DNA of 64,000 bases from Nitrospirota bacterium (lineage in GTDB: Bacteria; Nitrospirota; Nitrospiria; Nitrospirales; Nitrospiraceae). The first letter of the stretch is position 1. The number at the start of each line of letters is the position of its first letter. A program made the position numbers and the translations under genes. Below the pieces are notes generated by a model. It was given only the letters and a program-made list of their open reading frames with translations, did no database searches and had not been told where the DNA came from. The stretch covers positions 128,001 to 192,000 of the forward strand of contig CAVPGK010000012.1 of the NCBI GenBank assembly GCA_963703955.1, read 5' to 3'. Shown here piece by piece: positions 1 to 8,523 of the stretch.

Positions 1-480
1 AAACAGTGTATCCCCCGATAGCAGGAGCTTCTCCGCTTGAAATACAAAGCACATCGAGCCCGGGGAGTGCCCCGGCGTATGCAGAGCGGTCCCCGCCAAG
101 CTGCCCAGCACGATCTTCTCCTCATCCTGCAACCAGTACTCCGGCGCCGGAACCGGCACGTAGGGCACGCCGAACGTGCGGCACTGGACCTCCAACAGGT
201 CCCAGAGCGGTTGATCGGCCGGGTGCAAACAAAGCGTGGCACCGGTCGCCTTCTTGATCTCTCCGGAAGCAAGGAAATGATCAAAGTGCGCATGGGTGTG
301 CAGGACGCTGACGATGGACAAGCCCAGGTCTCGAACCTGTTTCAAGATCTGCTCATGCGCGCCGCCCGGATCGACGACGATCGCCTGTCTGGTGATCGGA
401 TCACCGAGGATCGAACAATTACATCCTAGGGGCGGCACCGAGAATGTCCTTCGAATCATCGTCGGCATGCGGCTCTCCAT
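1..480 (-). CDS. MBL-fold metallo-hydrolase (glyoxalase II/YcbL-like), 3' end runs off the window
   Basis: Not in the ORF track. Manual translation of the minus strand gives MESRMPTMIRRTFSVPPLGCNCSILGD...VVDPGG...LHTHAHFDHF...HTPGHSPGS...LLSGDTLF, with the HxHxDH, H and D metal ligands. Alternative ATG at 468. Confidence 0.9.
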   Translation of the reverse strand, partial: MESRMPTMIRRTFSVPPLGCNCSILGDPITRQAIVVDPGGAHEQILKQVRDLGLSIVSVLHTHAHFDHFLASGEIKKATGATLCLHPADQPLWDLLEVQCRTFGVPYVPVPAPEYWLQDEEKIVLGSLAGTALHTPGHSPGSMCFVFQAEKLLLSGDTLF

Positions 481-563
481 GCGGCTATTGTCTCATGCTC
501 CGCTCGATCTCGCCACCCCCTGCCCCGGAGGCGGCACGCAGGCGAACGACGCCATGTTCTTTT

Positions 564-1248
564 CTAGCGCCGTCGCTCCACGTGAGCCGTCCAGATCACT
601 TCCGTATCCAGAATCTCCCAGGCTCGATCGCGTCGACTCAGAAGAACCAGAAATCCAGCTCCGCTGCCGTCTTGGCGATAGTTACCGACATAGACCAAGC
701 CGAGATCTTCCCGTGGACTGAATGCGACGCGTGACAATTCCAGCTTGATGCTCGACGCATCGTAATCGGTCTGCCAGAATGTCACAGGAAGCGGAGCCAG
801 CGAAACCTCGGATCCATCATCTTCTTGGCCCGGATACGAGCCGGTAGCGCACGCCGAAGCTAAACTTCGGCTCGAGCCGCGAAGGACGCCGTAGCTTCAT
901 GAGGAAATCCGTCACGAGAGCCGGCTGGAGACTGCCGTCGAAGAATTCATTCTCCTTGAAGAACCGGCGAGGGTCCGGTTCCTCCTCCGGCCCCAACTGA
1001 GTGACCGTTAACCGGTTAATCATCACAAGCCTCGTGTCCGAGGTCAGGAACTTAGACTGGATCACGAGATCGTAGATAGGATATTCCTCCACCTGAACGA
1101 GATCCGGTTGATTCGACGGAACTTCTCCGAGCGTGATCGTTCCATCACAGATCACCACCAAAGCAAAGACAGCGGCCGACAGCCCGAACTGCAAAGAGCA
1201 GTGGTTAGAACACGGACGCATAGCGCGAGAATAGCGTGCCCGCTCCAT
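564..1248 (-). CDS. Hypothetical exported/membrane protein split by one frameshift (ORFs 817..1248 and 564..785)
   Basis: Removing one G from the GGG run near 829-831 joins ...YRLVS to GQEDDGSEVSLAPLPVTFWQ... in a single frame. Confidence 0.6.
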
Positions 1249-1269
1249 CCGGTCAATTGGAGGCTATCC

Positions 1270-1612
1270 ATTTCACCCGCCCACCCCAGGCGCGCCAAGA
1301 CGCGCCCTTTCCCGATTTCACCCGCCCACCCCAGGCGCGCCAAGACGCGCCCTTTCCCGAGTACACCCGCCCACCCCAGGCGTCATTTCACCCACCCACC
1401 CCCACGCTGGCCAAGACCAGCTCCTTCCCGAAGGACGCGCTCCTCCCCGTTGCTCACCCCACTCCCCTGGCACCCTTTCACCCGCCCGCCCCGAGCTGGC
1501 CAAAGACCAACTCCTTGCCGTTTGCACCCGCCCTCCCCAGGCGTCATTTCACCCCCCCACCCCCACGCCTGCCAAGACAGGCTCTTTGCCCGAAGGACGC
1601 GCCCCCGCCCGA
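1270..1612 (+). repeat. Array of C-rich CCAAGA-hairpin repeat modules (array 1)
   Basis: Two perfect tandem 45-bp units (1270-1314, 1315-1359: ATTTCACCCGCCCACCCCAGGCGCGCCAAGACGCGCCCTTTCCCG), followed by partial and variant modules to ~1610. Confidence 0.95.
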
Positions 1613-1664
1613 GGAATATTTGCATAAAATTCCAAACCATCCTAAAATCCCCGCCCAATAGACG

Positions 1665-2408
1665 ATGACCAATCTGTGGTTGAGACATCGCCCCGGGGGT
1701 GGAAGCGCAATAGTTCTGATCCTGTCTTTATTCGTTCCGATCAGCTGCCAGCAGGACGAATCGCCACTGAAGAATGAAAACGAAACCCTGCGTAAGCAGC
1801 TTGCCACGCAGGAGTCCGTGGTGGTTTCCCTGCAGGAAGGCAACAAGGTCATGCAGCAGCAGATCGACCTCCTGAATCGGGAGCTGCGGGAAGCTAAGGA
1901 ACAGGTCGAGCGCGTGCTTACCGAGCGAACAGCCCTTACCAACCAACTTGACGCCCAGGAAGGCAAAAATCGGAAATTAGCCGCTGATGCGCAGCGCGTG
2001 GCCGAGAAGGTCACACAGTTGGGTCAGGCGTTGCACGTAAATGATAAGGACGGCGCCGCCGATCAGCTTCCGCATCCACTGCCGGCAGTCATGAAAGCCG
2101 CCGAGGATGCGTTGGCCCGAAACGGCTATGCGATCCGCCTAAGCGTGAAGACCGATCAGAAAGTGGTGTATATAACCGATCGCAAGGTGTCGGCGCCCGC
2201 CTCGATCGAAGCGGCGGGGTTTCGTAATCAATACCTGGTTTCACTCCAGCCTCTCTCTACCACCAGCACCCGTCTGGTCGTGAAAGCTGAATTTGAGCGC
2301 ATGACGCACGGAAACCGCGTGCTTCCCTCCGGACCGGACGAGACTGCTGAAATCGAAATGCGATTCATTGCCGACATCCGTAAGTCCCTCACGTCGGGAA
2401 AAACGTAA
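1665..2408 (+). CDS. Putative lipoprotein with a long coiled coil
   Basis: 247-aa ORF with a hydrophobic N-terminus ending in a lipobox-like PISC, then a heptad-rich Q/E/L segment. Confidence 0.7.
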   Translation: MTNLWLRHRPGGGSAIVLILSLFVPISCQQDESPLKNENETLRKQLATQESVVVSLQEGNKVMQQQIDLLNRELREAKEQVERVLTERTALTNQLDAQEGKNRKLAADAQRVAEKVTQLGQALHVNDKDGAADQLPHPLPAVMKAAEDALARNGYAIRLSVKTDQKVVYITDRKVSAPASIEAAGFRNQYLVSLQPLSTTSTRLVVKAEFERMTHGNRVLPSGPDETAEIEMRFIADIRKSLTSGKT

Positions 2409-2585
2409 TCGACCTGCCCCTCAGCGTTTTCTCTCAGTCTGCAGATGTATCGGACCACGTTTGCTTGCATAACCCCACGCAAATCCATTGCTTTGTCCTA
2501 CTTCACCCCATGCTTGGTCGCAACGCGCCGCTTCAGCTATACTTATCAGAAGAAAGCCTTTGACTTTGCCTGCTTAGGAGATCTC

Positions 2586-4016
2586 ATGGCGAAAACAAAG
2601 TCGTCCGATTCTGCCCACACCCGGGTGAAAGTCTTCGACTCGACGAATGAAATCAGTCAAGCTATTGAGAAGTTACGCAGCAAGATCGTGCAGGTTGAAG
2701 AACTCAAGAAAGATGGTCTTCCCTATCGCGATGCGTTGAAGGTGACCACGGAGTACCAAATCCGGGATACGATCCGAGAGGTCTTCGGAGCTCACTCGCC
2801 TGAATTTCACGAACATCAACACCATCGGATCAGAGTGAACAGCAAGGCTGGTGTCGATGACACCATTACGCTCCTACAAAATCTCGTTTTGGCCCTCGAA
2901 GAAAAAAGACTTCATTTGCTGGGGTTCCGGCCTCGCCCCGCTGCAGTAGTAACCCCTGAAGACAATGGGCATGATACCCCCGCCCCGGACGCGCCACCCC
3001 AACCCCAACCGCCACAACAGACGGCTCAAACCATACCAGCTCCAGCGGCCCCCGTGCAGACGGCTGAGGTTGAGGCTCCAGCCCCCGCCCCCCCTTCACC
3101 CGCGCCTCTCGTAGCTCAACACAATCCGTCCCCTCCCGCACCACGCGAAGCAGAGCGAGCAGCGATTCCCCATCCATCGCATTCGCACCATACGCGCAAG
3201 GGAAGATCGTCGGGGGAATCTCGTATGAAAGAGGCTGCACCACCTCCCCCTGTAGTCTCACAGCCAGTGGTTGCCGTTGCTCCTCCGATCGCTACGGTTT
3301 CCGCGGGGATTGCTCCCCAGCCCGTCCTTGCTACACCTCCGCCCCAACCTCAGGTAGTCCCCCCCATTCCAGTGAGTGCTCCTCCACCCGTGGTCGCCCC
3401 GCCTCCGTCCCCAGAGCCCGTCGCTCAGCAAGCTACGACCGATGCGATCGACGTGAGTGACCAGACGCCTGTTCAGCAACACACAGAGATGAACGTTGAG
3501 GTGACAATGCCCCCGACTACAGCGCCGCCGTCTGAGCACCCCAGTCCCAGACCTGACATGGACACCGTGACCCTCATTCAAAGAATTTGCACGCGTTTTC
3601 ATAGTGTGGCGCGGCAACTTCGACAACGAAGTGATGATCGGTCAACACTCGAAGTCGAGGACGAGGTTGACGTGCAGGACGTGTTGCGCGCCGTCCTGTG
3701 CGCTCAGTTTGATGATATCCACACAGAGACTTGGAATCCCGCCTATGCCAACGGGATGCCCCGGGCCGACCTCGTTTTGAGGCAGGATGGGATTGTCATC
3801 GTGGCGAAGAAGACCAAGCAGGGAGTAGGAGCCAAGACCCTGACCGAGCAGCTTGGCGTGGACATCCAGCGCTACATGAACCACTCCCTCTGTAAGACCC
3901 TTGTGTGTTTCATCTACGACCCGGAGGGACGCATCGGCAATCCGGACGCTCTCGAAGCCAGTCTCGTTCGTCAACGGAGCGCACGCCGGATTGAAGTCAT
4001 CATTTCACCCAGGTAG
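2586..4016 (+). CDS. Helical N-terminal domain + Pro-rich linker + C-terminal DpnII/MboI-like restriction-endonuclease-fold domain (degenerate active site)
   Basis: ATG 2586 is preceded by AGGAG. The C-terminus RFHSVARQLRQR...LEVEDEVDVQD...RADL...DIQRY..H..CKTLVCFIYDPEGRIGNP has the REase_DpnII-MboI-type pattern. Confidence 0.7.
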   Translation: MAKTKSSDSAHTRVKVFDSTNEISQAIEKLRSKIVQVEELKKDGLPYRDALKVTTEYQIRDTIREVFGAHSPEFHEHQHHRIRVNSKAGVDDTITLLQNLVLALEEKRLHLLGFRPRPAAVVTPEDNGHDTPAPDAPPQPQPPQQTAQTIPAPAAPVQTAEVEAPAPAPPSPAPLVAQHNPSPPAPREAERAAIPHPSHSHHTRKGRSSGESRMKEAAPPPPVVSQPVVAVAPPIATVSAGIAPQPVLATPPPQPQVVPPIPVSAPPPVVAPPPSPEPVAQQATTDAIDVSDQTPVQQHTEMNVEVTMPPTTAPPSEHPSPRPDMDTVTLIQRICTRFHSVARQLRQRSDDRSTLEVEDEVDVQDVLRAVLCAQFDDIHTETWNPAYANGMPRADLVLRQDGIVIVAKKTKQGVGAKTLTEQLGVDIQRYMNHSLCKTLVCFIYDPEGRIGNPDALEASLVRQRSARRIEVIISPR

Positions 4017-4131
4017 TTCCGTCTTCATCCGTTTCAAAGCTTCCGTCTGGGCCTACATCACTTTTCCCTCACCTCTCTATCTTTCCCCGCCGCCAAAGTA
4101 CTAAGCTCGTAACGTCCGAGTAAGAACGCCA

Positions 4132-4455
4132 ATGATCAGCTTGCTCCATGCAGCAGTGTTGTGTCTTCTGTTGGGGATGCCTTCGGCTTGGGGGCAAAGC
4201 CCTTTATCCGTTCAGTCTTCAACAGAAATGTTTACCGGAACCATTGAAGCGATTGATCACGACCTCCTTAAAATCATCGTCAAGACCGACGTCGGAAGGG
4301 AGGTCGCTGTACCACTTAAAGGTCCGGAACTCTTGACGGGTTTGACGAAGGGCGACCGGGTCACCGTTCAACTCGATGACCGGCACACAGCCACCAAGAT
4401 CATGAAGGCCGCCATTCCGGAACTCACACCCCCTCCCGCGGATACGGGTTACTGA
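4132..4455 (+). CDS. Small exported hypothetical protein (possible OB-fold)
   Basis: Signal-peptide-like N-terminus (..SAWG), then GTIEAID...LTKGDRVTVQ. Confidence 0.6.
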   Translation: MISLLHAAVLCLLLGMPSAWGQSPLSVQSSTEMFTGTIEAIDHDLLKIIVKTDVGREVAVPLKGPELLTGLTKGDRVTVQLDDRHTATKIMKAAIPELTPPPADTGY

Positions 4456-4514
4456 CAATCAATCTCCAGCTGAATGCTCTTACACCGGTCGGAAGATGGT
4501 GATGTCCCGTCGGC

Positions 4515-5589
4515 TCATGAAGGTCTTCTGAAAAACAGCTCGGCAATTACTGTGCATTCCACGCCAAACGGGAGATAACCGGCATATCCAAGGAGAGGCA
4601 TTTCGAAAATTTGAGCACGATGGACGTACGGCACGACATATTCCCAGTGGGCCAGGCTGTTTACATTCCACATCTCCCAAAAGAAGCCGCAGACCAATCC
4701 CGCGAGCGCCGGTAGCCAGATCGGCCTCCAGTCCCCCTTGCTCACGCGTGAGAAGACAGTGGACTCCCCGAGCATAGCTTGAAGTGACGTGATGATGATC
4801 AGGGGGGCAAGCCAGAGAAGCGGAAAGAGATAATCCGGCCAGATTCCGATTCCTATCAGACCGACACTCGCTAGAAGGAATCCGAGCCAGCCCACCACTT
4901 TGGCATGTCGGATCCTTATCGGCCACAGGTTGCGCCAAGCTTCGTTCAGTCGAGGGAAGGATGCCAGCCACTCCGTCGTACTGATCACCGCCGGCAGCAC
5001 CGTCGAAAAAGGCAGGGTGGCATGGAGGAAATACTCCCATGCCGAGAACTCGCTGATACCGGCGTAATACCAATTCTGCACGAATCGGTTAAGGTACTCA
5101 AAGAACCACCAGAACGCCGCGCTGAGCGGAAACAACCCCAAGAAATACCGGGGCCGATCCCGCATCAGGCAAGAGCCGGTCCGGCCGACCGTCAGCGCAT
5201 TGACGATGAGAATGTACCCTATCCACAGCGGAGTGAACGTAAACGGCTGCAGGTCGGCAAACCAAGGGAAACGAGTCCATGCCAGCATCCACGCGACAGC
5301 GACAACACCGACTCCGGCCCATCCCCACCATGGAAAGGGTTCGGTGCGATCGATCGTCACACCATTCGGGTTTCACCTGAGAGACACGGATAAGAAACGG
5401 GGTGGTGATGGTCCCGACGAGGACAGCGAGACCGATGAAGGCAGCCCATGAAAATGGCGCATGGTCAACATATCTCGTGAGAGGAGGAAACTCGAGGTAT
5501 CGTTCCAATGGATGCCCGGCCATGGCCACACCAAGCAACGGCAGGCCGACCAACAATGCGAGGACACAGATGATCATGGGTGAGTTCAC
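4515..5589 (-). CDS. Polytopic membrane protein split by a frameshift near 5365
   Basis: The N-terminal half of ORF 5098..5589 and ORF 4515..5360 are consecutive hydrophobic segments. W..FE..N and FWEMWN...W.Y...FEMP..GY motifs are present. Confidence 0.7.
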
Positions 5590-5692
5590 TGCTCAACCCT
5601 TCCTGTAGTGAAACGGGGTCAGCTTGACCGCGAACCTGGAAGAAGGGGTCCCGCGTGGAAGCCCTCATTTGAGTGTCACAATGACGGATCGG

Positions 5693-6690
5693 CTAACTGA
5701 GTGGGCGAACGCGAAATGGTTCGAAAAACGGCTGGCCCTTCATTCCGGGTCGATACGCCCGTTTTGCCGCCGCTTGGGCCTGCTCACAACTCGCGCGCAC
5801 TTGAGCGTCCGTCTTCCTGTTCGCCGACACGGCATTTTGGTAGAGTTTGGCAACCATGCACTGTACGCCCAAGAATGTCGTCTGGCGGGTGCTTGAGGGA
5901 TCAAGACTGAACACTTCCTGAACCGGGTCGGCAGGTTTGGCACCTTCGCACTTGCAGTAGCGACAGGACATCAGCTGAGGGATGACCTGGGCGCTGAAAA
6001 TGACATGTTGGACTTGCCACGGATCTCCGCTTTCCGCATAGGCCGACGGATCAGCGGCAATGGGAATTGCTCGAAGGAGAAGCCGCGCCACGGCGATATG
6101 CTCATCGTGCCCGCTCACACCGCAATGGTCGTCCATCGCTACCACCACATCGGGCTTTCGTTGGCGCAGGAGGGTAACAATATATCCGACCGGATCTCCT
6201 TCTGTGCTCCATTTGGCAATCACGTCGTCGGACGTCGCCTTAGCCGTCCAGTCGCGGGAGGAGCAGTGGCCGGCATAGAGTCAAGAGCGGTCAGAGAATG
6301 AGGCCCGTTGATGAAAGGGCCGATGTCGTGACCGTCTGCTTGAAGCAGAGACGCAGACTTCTCAAACAACTCAGCACGGGCGGCTCCAATTTCGGATCCC
6401 CGACGCAATCCGCCCCATAGCTTGTCGCTGTTCTCCCCTTTGGTGAGGGTGGCCATGAAGAGCGATCCCGACACTTCTTTACTACGGGCGAGCAAACCGC
6501 TTGCAGACGTTTCATCATCAGGATGAGCGGCCAGCCAAAGCACCCGTTGTGAACTGGCTAATATCTCCAAAACAGTTGTAGGGGTAGAGGGCTGTGTTTC
6601 CCCCTCCCCCGCATAGACGGTCGCCGTCACGATCAACAGGGTAGTGAAGAGTCCGGTCGTTTTCTTGAGGCGATCACTGCATATCAACAT
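5693..6690 (-). CDS. PIG-L/LmbE family deacetylase with a signal peptide, split by a frameshift near 6258
   Basis: AAHPDDE motif and T.GE in ORF 6220..6690; PDVV...GH.EH in ORF 5693..6223. Confidence 0.8.
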
Positions 6691-7083
6691 GAGTGTTCCC
6701 CTTCCTCCTCATTGAGGCGTTCTTGATCCCTCACGCTACTACTGTACGATCCAGGTCTTCAATGGGCCGTCGTCAAGCATGGGTCGCCATCTACATGGCC
6801 GGCTACCGGGCAGACTTGCCGCCACTCCGCCCATAACCATTCTTTTGGTGTTCGAGAATTTGAAGAAGACTGCTCACCGCGCGGAGAGTGGGCAGGAGAG
6901 AAACGAGATGGTCAGCCTTTATGCGCGATGTGTTTGAGGCAGCGCCACCGAGATCTGACCTGTTTTCCGCCTTGACGGCGCTCGGTGGCCCGCCTGCGTC
7001 CCAAACCCGGCCGGACCGCCATGTGATCGCTCGCATCCATCTGAGCTTTTTTCGATCGGCGTCTCGCGCTTCGCTCTTCGTCG

Positions 7084-8523
7084 TTATGCAGACCCCTTTA
7101 CCGACTTGCCCGCGCTAAGATACCGGTCAATGCCTGCAGCCGCTTTTCGGCCTTCGGATATCGCCCACACGATCAGGGAGGCCCCTCGCTTCGTATCACC
7201 CGCGGCAAAGACGCCGTCGACGTTTGTCATGAAGTTGATGTCCACGGCTACGCTCCCGCGGGCATCGTACTTCACTCCTAATCCGTCCAACAGCCCGTTC
7301 TTCACCGGACCGGTGAAGCCCATGGCGAGCAGGACCAGGTCCACCTCCATGTCGAAATCGCGTGTTCGGGATCGGCGTGAACTGCGCCGTTCTCGAACGC
7401 GACCCGGTGCGCGTGCAGTTTGGTGACGTGACCGTTGCGGCCGGTAAACTTGGTCGTCGAGACGCTCCACTGGCGATCGCACCCTTCTTCGTGCGCGTGA
7501 GACGTGCGAAGCTGCATCGGCCAGAGAGGCCATGGCGTGGAAGAGGCTCGCTCGGGTGGAGGTTCCGGGAGGAGTTCAAATTGGTGGACTTCGCTGCAGC
7601 CTTGCCGATGCGTCGTTCCCAGACAGTCCGAGCCGGTGTCGCCGCCGCCGATGATCACGACCCGCTTGCCCTTGGCCGTGATCGGTTCGTCGGTCAAGGA
7701 GTCGCCCGGCATTGCGCTTGTTCTGCTGCGTGAGATACTCCATCGCCGGATGAATGCCCTTGAGTTCCCGTCCGGGGACCGGCAGTTCGCGCGCCTGCTC
7801 GGCGCCCATGGCCAGGCAGACGGCGTCGTATTGGCGCCGCAGGGTCTTCGCCGTCGACGTCCACGCCGACATGAACATTCGTTTTGAACTCGACCCCCTC
7901 GGCCCTCATCTGCTCCAAGCCGCCGGTCGACGACCCATTTCTCCATCTTGAAATCCGGGATCCCATAACGCAACAAGGCCACCGATCCGATCGGCTTTTT
8001 CAAAGCACCGTCACGCGGTGTCCGGCGCGGATAGCTGCTGGGCCGCGGCCAGACCGGCCGGGCCTGACCCGACGACGGCCACGGACTTCCCGGATTGCGA
8101 GACCGGTAGGATCGGCTCCACCCATCCCTCGTCGAACCCCTTGTCGATGATGTTCCACTCGATGACCCGAATGGAGACCGGCGCCTCATTGATCCCGAGC
8201 ACGCAGGCCGATTCGCACGGCGCCGGACACAGACGGCCGGTGAACTCCGGAAAGTTGTTAGTCGTGTGCAAGGCTTTCAACGCATCTTTCCAGCGACCGC
8301 GGTGCACGAGGTCGTTCCACTCCGGAATCAGATTGACCACCGGACAGCCGTTGTGGCTCTGGCAAAACGGAACCCCGCAATCCATACAGCGCGCGCCCTG
8401 CGCCTTGAGCGCCTCTTCCGGCATCGGCTCGTAGAATTCCTTCCAGTCCTGGATCCGAAGCTCAACCGGCCGGCGCTTGGGGCCCTCACGGGGATATTTC
8501 ATGAAGCCCTTCGGATCAGCCAT
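7084..8523 (-). CDS. gltD: Glutamate synthase small subunit, interrupted by several indels
   Basis: [63 protein letters not shown] and [17 protein letters not shown] are spread over at least 4 reading frames. Confidence 0.93.

Noticed and set aside
1270..1612. CRISPR array interpretation of the hairpin repeats
   Set aside because: Units are directly tandem or mosaic with no unique constant-length spacers, the stems vary, and there are no cas genes in the window.
1236..1661. 141-aa Pro-rich ORF and other overlapping ORFs across array 1
   Set aside because: A by-product of a stop-free 45-bp C-rich repeat, with no clear SD; it overlaps the start of the divergent gene.
2930..3550. C-rich Pro-coding linker as further copies of the CCAAGA repeat
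   Set aside because: No CCAAGA hairpin is present; the C-richness is explained by Pro/Ala codons.
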